The translations under genes were made by a program, and so were the position numbers. Below, piece by piece: positions 48,706 to 60,499 of a stretch of DNA of 64,000 nucleotides; the stretch's first letter is position 1, and each line of letters opens with the position of its first letter. Origin of the DNA: Anthoceros angustus (lineage: Eukaryota > Plantae > Anthocerotophyta); the NCBI GenBank assembly GCA_010909165.1, contig MU008173.1, forward strand, positions 1,054,001 through 1,118,000. Reading direction: 5' to 3'. The notes beneath the pieces were generated by a model. It made no database searches, had not been told where the DNA came from, and saw only the letters and a program-made list of their open reading frames with translations.

Positions 48706-51700
48706 ATATATATCAGGAGGCATTGAACAAACATCGCATAAAGCTCATGGAGGAGCGGAAGAAGTTGACAAAACATCGAACGAAAGGATACACCGAGCCT
48801 CACACATGTTATTATGTATCGATGGTATGGATCAAAAAACATCTTTACCGTATATACTTAGATGGCCTAAGGAGCTAAAGGAAGATAGCCGTGTTACCGT
48901 CCATGTGGTGGGGTGTATGATTCACAATCACACGCTCACGGCAAGGGCGATCTCGCACTACGCAAATTTGCGAACGATGCTAATTTAACCATATGCATTA
49001 TACAGATGTGATACATACGTATCCGGCTTACTTCCCAAGGTTCTATATTTGCAACTGGACAACACACATGTCGGAGAACAAGAATCAACCTGCTTTGCTT
49101 ATCCGAATATGCTCGTGGAGATGGGGACATTTGAGAAAGTGAAGGTGGGTTCCTTCTTGTCGGTCACACATGACCGGTTGACCAAATGTTCTCGTGTTTC
49201 TCCAAGCATTTGAAGCACAAAGAGGCCAAAACTCTTCCTATATGGGATATATTGACCAAGCGCCAAACCCGTAAGTGAAGGTCCGACCGAGGTTCCGCAT
49301 TCGCTCTTTCGTCGCTTGAAAGGTGTGCTCGGAAGTTTAAAGGTGCAGTTCGCAAGCTGAACAATCTATCATTCCAACACCAATTCAAAATCACGCGGGA
49401 GGAAAAAACTGGCAGGGGTAAAGTTACCGTTATCCGGAGTAAACAGTACTCGACCTCACCGTTATGGGAAACAGAAGATGGGCTGGAGTTCTTGTCTTTT
49501 ATTCCAAATGCTGAGATAGGACCCACAACCCTGCTAGCTCTACAGGCCAAGGACAAGAAAGGCAGTGATGGAAAGCTCACTGCACGGGAAGGAGTAGAGC
49601 ACTTAAGGAAGGGTTTGCAGAAACTTTCCACATATGTTAACGCAGCAGAGGAGGAGTGGTGGAATGACTTCTGGAAGGATCAAGAGGAGATTGCAACTAT
49701 AGTGGACAATAACATTGGCCTTGTGTTGAAAAGTCCGTGGAAGTGGTATGACAGATCTGCAGCAGAAGCACTTGTACCGCCGCTGCAGGTTCCTGAGGAG
49801 GCTATCTTGGACGAAGCCTTATTGCGAGACGTGCCTCAACGGACATGTACTTGGGTGCTTACAGTGTGGAGGCGGGAGCAAGAGGTCGAGCGCATGAATG
49901 GTGACATAACGGAGATTAAAAAAGGTATGTTTATTGTCACTCCTTGTGAGGGGGACACACACAACAGGCATTCTGGGTTGCAAAGTTGTTGAGTGTGCAC
50001 CTGACCGCCGATGACCCATACTTGCTGGTGCACTGGTGGCGAACCGAGCACACCGGTGCCGATGCCTACGAGGGCAAGTATGTCGGAGAATACTTGGTCA
50101 GGACCGAGGAGGGTAGACAATTTCATCTTACCAACAAAGGTGCAAAAGCATGGAAGCCACCCAACGTTCAGAAGTTGTTTGTACATAAGACAGTCATTGT
50201 GTACTATGGGTTCAATCTCACTTCTACGAAACATCTGTACGCGGCGGATTAAAAAGCTATCAAAGAGAAGTTAAGTGCCCTCCGTCCCCATCTTCAACCC
50301 TGCACTCCCTCAGTGGTGGATAGCGAGGATGATGGTGATGACGCATTTATTCCACATGGAGAAACCGATGGTCTGGAGTCAGGGGAGGAGTGAATGACCG
50401 AACGGCTGCGAAATATATTCCAGTCATGGTCCGCTCATTCCAACTTACAGCGCATCTGTTTTTCAACACCCTTCGTGGTGGCATGCTGAAGCCCATCGCG
50501 ACAACATTTTGTGTGTCCATTCCTATTGGCACCCTTCATTTTCTTAAGGGCCGCCATGACTTATTCGATTCGTTGGATTCGTTTAGCGGTGGCGCCCACC
50601 CAATGTTCGTGAAACTTGGCTCTTTTTCCAGCCGATACCATGTCTTGGTTTCTTTGGGGTGAAGAGGAACATGGAACAGGACAAGACATTACTCCTCCAG
50701 GATATTAAAAGGCCATGTTGGGCATATTTGCGCAAAGGGAATGGATAAAAGTTTCCCGTCGGTGTACATGCGATGGGCGGCATGCGGATTGAGAGAGTTC
50801 GTAAAGTCGGATATTGTCACCCTTGTACACTTATATAAACAGCTCATTTTCTATACCTTCTTACCATAAATGGGAACCAGTTGCAAATCCTGGCTTCCGT
50901 TCCCCTTCACTATAAGGCTAAATAATGTAAAGATTGTCGTCGGGTTTCATTATCCCGGCACAAAGGGAGTTTGAAATCGGTGCTAGACCAGTGCAAACCC
51001 CATTGGCATGTCCCCACCATACCCTTGTTGGTGTGTGTGCTCCAGGCAATTTTAAACCGGAATGTGAATTCGACCATAATTTTGAACACATTCTCCATGA
51101 CTACATGCAGGAACGGCGATTTAGTGACCATCCAGAACCCGGTTCAGCGTATATACATGCATAAAGCCGCTTGATGTATATTCCGCCGGTTCAAATATTA
51201 TGGTGTTACAAGAAACAATGGCAGAATGCTAACCATCCGCACCACTATGGGTCGCAATGTCTTTTACTTCCACCTTAGGCTCCTATGTCTTGAAATGTGC
51301 CGAGTAGGTTTTACTTGTGCCGGAGTTGTCATGCAGGTTGATGATTACGGCATGCGGATTGAGAGAGTTCAGAAAGTCGGATATTGTCGTACGTGTCTTT
51401 GTAACAAAGTCTAGATTGTCTACCAGAACTTTTTTTTTTCTAAAATATACTTGTGTTTCTATATTCTATGGATTTGTGTACTATATTTATGCGTAATATA
51501 CTTGTCCACGAGAACTTTTTTGTATTTTACAAAATACACTTGTGTTTCTGTAATCTATGGATTTGTAAACTATATTTATGCACAATATACTTTATGATCC
51601 ACCTATATTCACCACGTGGCCATTTTCAACTAAGTGTTGTCTTCGTGAATGTTGTTAATACTAGAACCTAAGAAGTTGTGAAACGTTTGCGACAATGATG

Positions 51701-52576
51701 TCATTCAGGACTCTTCCGACACCCTCTCACAAAAAAGAAAGTCGCCAAAATTTGTGCAAGGCATGGGAAAACGACACAAAATATTTCGGAAGAGTGTTTA
51801 TGTAGCCATTAGCCTATCGAAATTTAGCATGTGGCTGCCTACACATATAAGAGCGTCGATATTGTGTACCTGTGCGACAACCGTGGCCTATAGACCCTTA
51901 GAGAAAGTTCTAATTATGGCTAGCACTCACGCCGTGCCCATAAAAGAGACATGGCAATTAGTGAGCAACTTTGTTTGATAACTTTTTTCTGTTGTTAATT
52001 TACTTTATATTTATAAGTATAATCATGTGTTATAATTATATAGTTATATTATTAAAGGGTAGATCTATATATGGTTGGAAAAGATTTTATTTAGTAAATA
52101 GTTTTTCTATACCTAAGTTAGTTATGTATATGGATATTGTTGCATGATATAATTATATGTGGTATCTTATACTTATCATGATGATCATTTAAGAGTGGTT
52201 TAGGTGTAGGTGGTGGACAATATAGTGAAGTGTTTCCCTATGCTTGATTTATTTTGTACATGACTGTAGCTGTGTGTTATTGTTATTTGTAATATTTCAT
52301 AATTATTATATCATGTTTCTTTACATCTCATATCCACTTATTCAAGGGTTATCTCTTGCATAGCTTGGTAAGTACTTTGTTGAGCAAAATTTATTCTATT
52401 TTGTGTATATGGGCGTAGTTATGGGCGTAGTTTCATGTCACCATTGTATGTGATATGTCATAATTATCATCATTCAAGGGTAGTCTCTTACGAAAAAAGA
52501 GTTTCAAGTGGTATGACATAAATACTAATTTTCTTTGCTAAGCAAGAATGCTGCCGAACTCTTAGATTACTTTACT

Positions 52577-52772
52577 GGTCTACATGAGTTACTCAGGGCT
52601 TTCGATGTCACCACATCCTTGTGATGGTCTACATGAGTTACTCAGGGCTTTCGATGTCACCACATCCTTGTGATGGTCTACATTAGTTACTCAGGGCTTT
52701 CGATGTCACCACATCCTTGTGATGGTCTACATGAGTTACTCAGGGCTTTCGATGTCACCACATCCTTGTGAT
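52577..52772 (+). repeat. Tandem repeat, 4 x 49 bp (ggtctacatgagttactcagggctttcgatgtcaccacatccttgtgat)
   Basis: Four contiguous units, one substitution seen, no spacers. Confidence 0.92.
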
Positions 52773-55039
52773 CAAGCTGTATAGCCCAAATCTTGGTGTG
52801 CATCCATCGGTCGATACCTTTGCATACATGTATATACACATTGGTGGTAGTAGTAGTTGTTATGACAAACAAGTGAGTGGGAATGCCTCTCAAGTTGTCT
52901 CTAAGGACAAGCTGTATAAACTTGGTATGCATCTTCATGTTCACCACATTTGTATTCGTGTCCACCAATTGTCCAGCACCTTTTTATCCAATGCTCAAAC
53001 TGTGTTTGATGCTATACTCAAGAGCAACCTTCACATCACTGTCTTCAATGCCATTATTAGTAACCAAGACTTATTTTTTTTTGTGGAGATAAAATAACCA
53101 AGATTTTCTACCAGCAAGCTAGAATTGGTGCTGAACTATTACAGCAAGTGTTAAAATTGCAGACACTTTGATTTTATTTCCCTATGTATATTATACTAGA
53201 CCCGCAATTCTGGTAATGTGTAGGTATGAGGTGCAGGCTTTAGTAGGTGCATTTCATGGACTAAAGGTTACAAGCTGTGTGTAGGCATAAGGTGCATGCT
53301 TTGGCAGGCCCATATCATGGACTATGGCTTACAACTTATGTGTAGGTATGGATGCATGCTTTGGTGGGCCCATGCCATAGGTTGTGATTTGCAGGATTTG
53401 GCCCACCGACAAGAAAAATATTTTCTTGTAAGAGGGCTTAAGAAAGGCCTTCTAGGCCCCCCACTAGACTACACCTGTAAACTAGTAAAGTTCCAAATTA
53501 GAAAGTAGATTTTACGGGATTTGAACCCCAAGATTGGAATCTTATGGCTTCTTAGTTTGCCAACAACGTGTTCCTTCAAATCCGGGAGGCCGTGCCTCAT
53601 TTGAAGGACGGGCATGCATGGCATGCTATGTACGACATGGCATGTCATGGCATGGCATGGCTAGCATAGCATAGCAGGCCATGCCACTTGACTCGGGACG
53701 CTGCGTCGAAGTTCCCGTGGTGTTCTAGGGGAAGTTGCTGCGTGCGTTTTAAAAATATAACTCTTTGGGTTACTGCGGCAGTGGATTTTTATTGAGGTAA
53801 AAAATCGATGGGAAAAGAAGAAGAAGAATTTTATTTAAGTCCACTAAGGATGGATTTCCATGGACTTGGTACTTAACAACTTGTACCATGGTGTGCCTAA
53901 GCTACTTGCACCAAGGGCATCCACTCCTTTAGACACCCCATCTAAGTACCGGTCCAAGCTCAGATGCTCAATCACGGCGTTCTTATAAATGTGTGTCCAT
54001 TTGTTTGGCCTAAGCCCATCCAAGAAGGGACAACCAAAGGGGACCAGGGGGTCACTGCGGCTATGCGCAGGTTCTCCTCTCTCACAGGAATGTGCCAAAG
54101 TTTTTAGAAACTCTGCTATCCGTCGCTGATTCCCTCTGATCCCACACCACTCCTCCTTCCTGCCTGCTGCTTTCCACACGCTCACGCCACCACTTCCTAG
54201 ACCCTTCTCCACACTGACTCACTCACCCACTTCTTCTAAGGCTCTCTCACATCACCGCACTAACAAAATGTTTCCATGATTCTCCTCTCTTGGGCCACAC
54301 AGACCCCTCCTTGGGCCACAGACCTTCTTGGGCCACCCAGACCTCCTCAGCCACAGACCTCACCTTGGGCCACACACCCTCCTTGGGCCACAGACCCCCT
54401 CGCCACACAGACCTCACCTTGGGCCACACAGACCTTTCTCAGCCACAGACCCCTCCTCAGCCACAGACCTCACTTGGGCCACACAGACCTTTCTCAGCCA
54501 CACACAGACCTCATTTGAAGGACGGCATGCATGGCATGGCATGCTATGTACGACATGGCATGTCATGGCATGGCATGGCATGGCTAACATAGCAGGCCAT
54601 GCCACTTGACTCGGGACGCTGCGTCGAAGTTCCCGTGGTGTTCTAGGGGAAGTTGCTGCGTGCGTTTTAAAAATATAACTCTTTGGGTTACTGCGGCAGT
54701 GGATTTTTATTGAGGTAAAAAATCGATGGGAAAAGAAGAAGAAGAATTTTATTTAAGTCCACTAAGGATGGATTTCCGTCATGGACTTGGTACTTAACAA
54801 CTTGTACCATGGTGTGCCTAAGCTACTTGCACCAAGGGCATCCACTCCCTTTAGACACCCCATCTAAGTACCGGTCCAAGCTCAGATGCTCAATCACGGC
54901 GTTCTTATAAATGTGTGTCCATTTGTTTGGCCTAAGCCCATCCAAGAAGGGACAACCAAAGGGGACCGGTCCGCTGCTATCATGCAGGTTCTCCTCTCTC
55001 ACAGGAATGTGCCAAAGTTTTTAGAAACTCCTCAGATCC

Positions 55040-58000
55040 GGCCGATTCCCTCGATCCCACAATTCACTCTCCCCCATCCTCAGCGTTCTGCGTTTTCCAG
55101 ATGCTCACGCTCACCACTTCCTAGACCCTTCTCCACACAGCGACTCACTCATCCACTTCTTCCAAGGCTCTCTCACACCACCGCACTAACAAAATGTTTC
55201 CACAGATTCTCCTCTCTTGGGCCACACAGACCTCCTTGGGCCACAGACCCTTCTTGGGCCACAGACCCCTCCTCAGGCCACACAGACCTCACCTCGGGCC
55301 ACACAGACCCCTCCTTGGGCCACAGACCCCCTCACGGACCTCACCTTGGGCCACAGACCCCTCAGGCCACAGACCTCTCCTCGAGCCACACAGACCTCAC
55401 CTTGGGCCACGGACCCTTTCTGCCACACAGACCTCACCTTGGGCCAGACCCTTCCTTGGGATTAGACACAATCTGTTAGACAATGGTTGGGAAAGGAAAA
55501 AAGCTGGTCGGCTCCACAGCGATTCAGACACCCGCGATCTCACCCGTCCCCAACGGAATTTCCCTCTCTGGCATGCATTGAGCACCCTTCACCACTAGTC
55601 ACCCAGACGCGGAGCTTGGTCACTCGGCTCTCGACCATCCAGGATCTCCCGCCCTCAGTGACGAGAGGAGACACCGAATCAGCCCATCATCGATCGGATG
55701 TCTCCAACCAACCACGCGCACAAATTCGACACACGGAGCTCACACCGAAATTGTCTCAAGAGAGACACTCAAGGGTCTCTTATACATCCGCCGCCGCCAT
55801 AGCTCACTTTCCCAAAGGTGTCTAAAGATGGCTAACCTACCTCCAAAGGTCTAAAGATGGCTAACCTACCATGAGCGCGCCTACCAATTCGGTATCTACA
55901 AATTCACAAGCTTCCTAGCACCTTATCCTCTAATCCAAGTGAAAGCCTCGACCTATGATGCCGCCTCTAAAAATCGCGCCTCCGCCTGTGCTAGCCTCGG
56001 CCCATGGGTGTTCCTCGCCTCCTACCACGCCCGATCCGAAGATCCTCCCTTAATATCTCCACCTCACTCCCGCTTATCCGAGGTCCCTTCACTCCTCCTA
56101 GGAGGCGCCGTCTGCCCATCGCCTCGCAAGACGCTTCTCGCCTCCTCATCACGGACAGCCAAACAAGGCCTCCATCCATGCTCTAGCCTCCGCCTTGCTC
56201 ATTTCCTCGAGCACAACCTGTGAAGGGTATGCCCGGCTCCGTGGACAATCCAGGCTGGTTGCTTCCCTCGAACTGAGGGAGTTGCATCCTCCCAGCTGGC
56301 CTCCCGACGGTGGCTTCCCCACCTTGGGTCCTTCTTCCGCGACGATGGCCGGCCCACCACCGTGCCTCGCGACGGTGGCTCCACCACCGTGGTGGCCGCT
56401 CCACCACCGTGGTGGCTCCACCACTGGTTGCTCACGCCTTCGCTTGGCCCTCTTGTGGCGAGAGGGCCTGCCGAATCATCATCGATTGGATGCCTCCAAC
56501 CAACCACGCGCACAAATTCGACACACGGAGCTCACACATTATGTCTTAGAGAGACACTCAAGGGTCTCTTATACATCCGCCGCCGCCATAGCTCACTTTC
56601 CAGTGTCTAAAGATGGCTAACCTACCTCCGGTGTCTAAAGATGGCTAACCTACCATGGCCGCGCCTACCAATTCGGTATCTATAGGTTCACAGCTTCCTA
56701 GCACCTTATCCTCTAATCCAAGTGAAAGCCTCGACCTATGATGCGCTCCCCTCTATAATCAAGCGCCCCTCATTGTGGCTAACTACATGGGTGTTCCTCG
56801 CTCTCCTACCACGCCTCGATCCGGAAGATCCTCCCTTAATATCTCCACCTCACTCCCGCTATCCGAGGTCCCTTCACTCCTCCTAGGAGGCGCCGTCTCT
56901 CTGCCGTTCCTCGCTCCTCATCCGGACAGCCAAACAGCGTTCCTCCATCCATGCTCTAGCCTCCGCCTTGCTCATTTCCTCGAGCACAACCTGAAGGGTA
57001 TGCCCGGCTCCGTGGACAATCCAGGCTGGTTGCTTCTGGAATCGGGGTTGCATCCCCTCCTCGCTCGGTGGCTTCCCCACCTTGGGTCCTTCTTCCGACG
57101 ATGGCCGGCTCCACCACCGTGGTGGCTGCTTCATGACGGTGGTGGCTCCACCACCGTGGTAGCCTGCTTAGCGGTCTGCTTTCAACCTGTGTGGGTGCTC
57201 TACCCTTCTTGATTTGCTGCCTCTCTCTCTTGACCCCGGCCCTAGCCTCACCTCTCCGCTTATACCTCTCCGCTAGCTTCCGAACTTCTCCAGAGGTGCT
57301 GCTCCACTTGTTCCCCGGCCCTCGAATGAAGGATCCCCACCTTATATAGACAATTTTATTCCTAAAATCCCAAGGTCCAAGGACCTTCTAGCCGGCCTCG
57401 ATATTCATGTGTTCGAGGCCCAAGGACTAATTATTTGTAAAAGTAATATTGTCATGGGCCAAGGACCATTTTAGTATAAAAGGCCTTGCCTCGGACATTT
57501 CCTAAGCACTCCATCACACAAAACATAAGAAAAACAAAAAAACATTCAAACCAATAAAGTGGAGGGTTAGTGTACATGTGGTCTTCCACATACTCCTTCT
57601 CATTTGTTACGCCCCGCCAACTTATTGATAATATTTTCAACTCGCCAACCAACTCGGTTGGCAAAGGCGACCATTCAAATCTGCGGTGGATGGAACCATT
57701 GTGGAAAACCTCCGTGACCTCGAACGGACCCATCCACCGCCGCCACCCATAACCGCTTGTTACCGTCCGTCCCATTCGATATAACTTGGTCTTGTGTCTT
57801 ACGAACGGTCGAGTAATGGACGAACGCTGTTGCATTTTTAGAGAGGTTTTGAGGAATTTGGCTGCCTGTGACACTCACAAATTTAGATCGGGCCAGGAAG
57901 CTCTTTCTCCTTCTCATTCGAGGCCATCTCGCCTCCTTCCCCTCTTCGAATTTGGCCCTCTCGCCTCCACTGTGTTGTTCCACTTTCTTGGTTGCCGCCT

Positions 58001-59713
58001 CGCCTCCCTCCTTGCTTGCTCCGCATCTTTTTTGCATACAACGCCTCTTGTTTCGCCTCGCCACTCTTTGTTCCTCAAGACGCTCTTCTTCCTTCCACTT
58101 CACCCCTTGATTTCTTCTTTTTCCTCCCGGCCCCCATCCGACGAATCTTCCTCCAAGTCCACTGCTTCTTCCTCCATGGAATCCTCTGGGAATCTTCCGA
58201 GGAGCTTTCCTCTCCGAGGAACTTTCTCCCGAGGACGATGAGGAATCCTTTCTTTTCCCTGCTTTTGGACTTCTTCCGTTCTTCTTAGCCTTCTTCATCT
58301 CCTGCGAGTTAGATTCCTCGTAATTTAGCGCCTTGATAGCCTTGCCCAAATTCTTCTCCGCCACACCTTACGTGTCTCCCCATCTTAGAACCTGTGCCTT
58401 TAGCAAACCACCGTATCGCTCGAATGAGGACCACTACGATCACGTGGTGTGAAACCTCTCAACATACGCTTGCAAGGTTTCCTTCCTCTCTTGTAACCTC
58501 TCAAGCTTGGACAACACGTAGCCCTCCATGTCAATCCCCTAAACCTCTCACAGAAGGCATTCTTCAATTCTTCAAAGGTGGTTGGGGTGTGGTGACAGTA
58601 CTGCATGTACCACTTTGGACCGCCCGAAGAACTCCATAGAGCAGTTGAATCTGTGCATCACCCACTTCTGGTTTGCAAATGTCAGCTGCTCAAAACGCTC
58701 AACAAATTCGTCAGGATCCTCATACCCCTTCTCCTCTCCATACAACGGGTAAGGTTGCTTGGTGGTGACAGCCACCGGCACTGTGGTGGACATGACTATC
58801 GTGGCGATTCGATGCAGTGGTTGATTCAACAACGGTCCATGCGGAAGTTGATTGGCGATGCACACGGAAGAGAGGTCAGAAGACAAGTTTGGACCAAGGT
58901 CCCTCGGCCGTGGTACCTCGTCCAAGACCGAGATTGGGGATCTTGCTCCAACAAGATCGGACCCCCACAGTTGATTACTCCTCCTTCCTTCTCCCAAGTC
59001 GTCCTCCAATTGGGTCCTCCTCAACTCCCGATCCGCAACCCTTTTCAACCTTTCTGCTTGCCGCTGTCGCTTGAGGCTTCTCTTCCAGGCTTGACTCAAT
59101 CCTCCGACTCAACTCGTGGCATCCATCTACCAAACTAAATACACTCAAAGACTAGACACCTAAGCTATGGTTAGTCTTTCCTATAATCTGACAGTTTCAT
59201 TCCCGACAGCGCCAAAATGTGGAATGGGTTTTGCATCCGAAGGCAAAGAGGCCACATTTACCCTCTATGTCGTTATAGTCCTAGGATTCGATCCCAAGGG
59301 AATGGTTTTGTGTCAAGATGTTCTAAAACTATGGATTCTAGTCCTCCTACAATCAGTTCCTACCCAGCCATAATCAACTACGGTGCCCGATCCCACGACC
59401 GTGGTAAGTTCGACCACCGCCGTGGTGGGTTCGGCCACCGCCGTGGTGGATTCCGCCACCGCCGTGGTGGGTTCGGCCACCGCGGTGGCTGATCCAGCCC
59501 CTGTGGTGGAACCCACCCGACCGGCGCGCACGTGCGTCGCGATCGACTATTTGGCACCCGGTTCCCCTGCTACGCTCGTTAAGGGCTATGGTCCTATGCA
59601 CACAGATTCACATGTACACCAAGTCACACTCATGTAGATTCACACCCAGAGCTCACTGGTGGATGCACACCATGGCCACGCACGCGACACCCTATGAGCC
59701 AAGTGTCCAAACG
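55040..59713 (-). mobile_element. Second, inverted copy of the gag-only Athila-like element (3' LTR incomplete and stuttered)
   Basis: The 5' LTR end at 59218 is followed by a degenerate PBS; gag fragments at about 58800-57800; GPY/F remnant RRWMGPFEVTEVFHNGSI; PPT next to the 3' LTR start at 57590. Same 5' junction as the plus copy. Confidence 0.85.
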
Positions 59714-59739
59714 CACCCCTCAAGCGGCTGGTTTATATC

Positions 59740-60385
59740 CGGTATGAAGGCATGGGAGGAGAGGAAGGCGCCGCATGCGCGCCTTCCTGACCTCCGCTGC
59801 AGAAGGCGGCATCCCAAAGACACTGGGGGTGTGCGGCACCACCAGGAGTCGTGGAACGGAAGGAGGCGCATGCCGGGCGCCTCGCTGGGATGCAGAGGGG
59901 GCGCCGCATGCCGCGCCTCCTGTGCCATGGGGAGGCGGGGGCGGCATGCCGGGCGCCTCGGCCATGGGGATGGGGAGGCGGCATGCGCGCCTCCCCGCCT
60001 GTGGATGCTGGGAGGAAGGGCGCGGCATGCGCGCCTTCTGACCTCTGCAGGAGGCGGCATCGGCCACTGGGGGTGTGCGGGCAGCCACCGAGTCGGGTGG
60101 AGCGGAAGGAGGCGGCATGCCGCGCCCGCCAGCCCTAGGGATGCAGGAGGCGGCATGCGCGCCTCCCCGCCTTGTGGATGCAGGAAGGCGGCATGCACCC
60201 GGCCACAGCCATGGGGATGCGAGGGCGCGGCATGCCGCGCCTCCCCGCCTGTGGATGCAGAGAGGAAGGTGCGGCATGCCCCTCCCGGCCATGGGGAAGC
60301 GATGCGCGCCTCCCGTGCCATGGGGAAGACATATGGGCGCCGGCATGCGCCCACGAAGAGATGACGGCGCCGGCATGCGCCCGTC
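59740..60385. repeat. GC-rich degenerate repeat array built around GCATGC (about 13 occurrences counted by eye)
   Basis: Units such as ggaggcggcatgcgcgcctccccgcc.tgtggatgc; related to the arrays at 46260-46520 and 48110-48370. Confidence 0.8.
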
Positions 60386-60499
60386 AGCTGAAGATGGTGG
60401 AGGCGTGTCGAGTCTTGGAAGCGCAAGCGAGTTCGACAACCCGCTTGGTATGGGGAGGTCGCCAAACGAGGCCGAGAGGAGAAGGAAGAAAGGCAAGCG

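Larger units (their letters stand above)
38950..50340 (+). mobile_element. Sola-like DDE transposase gene A (DUF7869-like), intron-containing, interrupted by element B and internally stuttered
   Basis: N-terminal CCNKLCIQ...CCLKSFRRVYCIG...AIAWMDATF; ISYAYFLRLWEQNFKRVKIPKSNRFSTCSLC; catalytic region CIDGMD, LDNTCRENKN, VGFLLVGHTHDQVDQMFS; C-terminal FW.AKVL...LVHWW. GT..AG intron at 47898-48705. TIRs not identified; the superfamily label comes from recalled motifs. Confidence 0.7.

Noticed and set aside
52577-52772. CRISPR-like appearance of the 49-bp, 21-bp and 20-bp repeat arrays (also 20409-20492, 19482-19541, 32340-32500)
   Set aside because: Units are contiguous with no unique spacers, no cas genes are present, and the context is eukaryotic.
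31988-59713. Calling the inverted arms the TIRs of one 28-kb DNA transposon
   Set aside because: No target-site duplication at the outer ends, inner ends are unequal, and the arms are clearly LTR-retrotransposon sequence. Kept only as an untested option.
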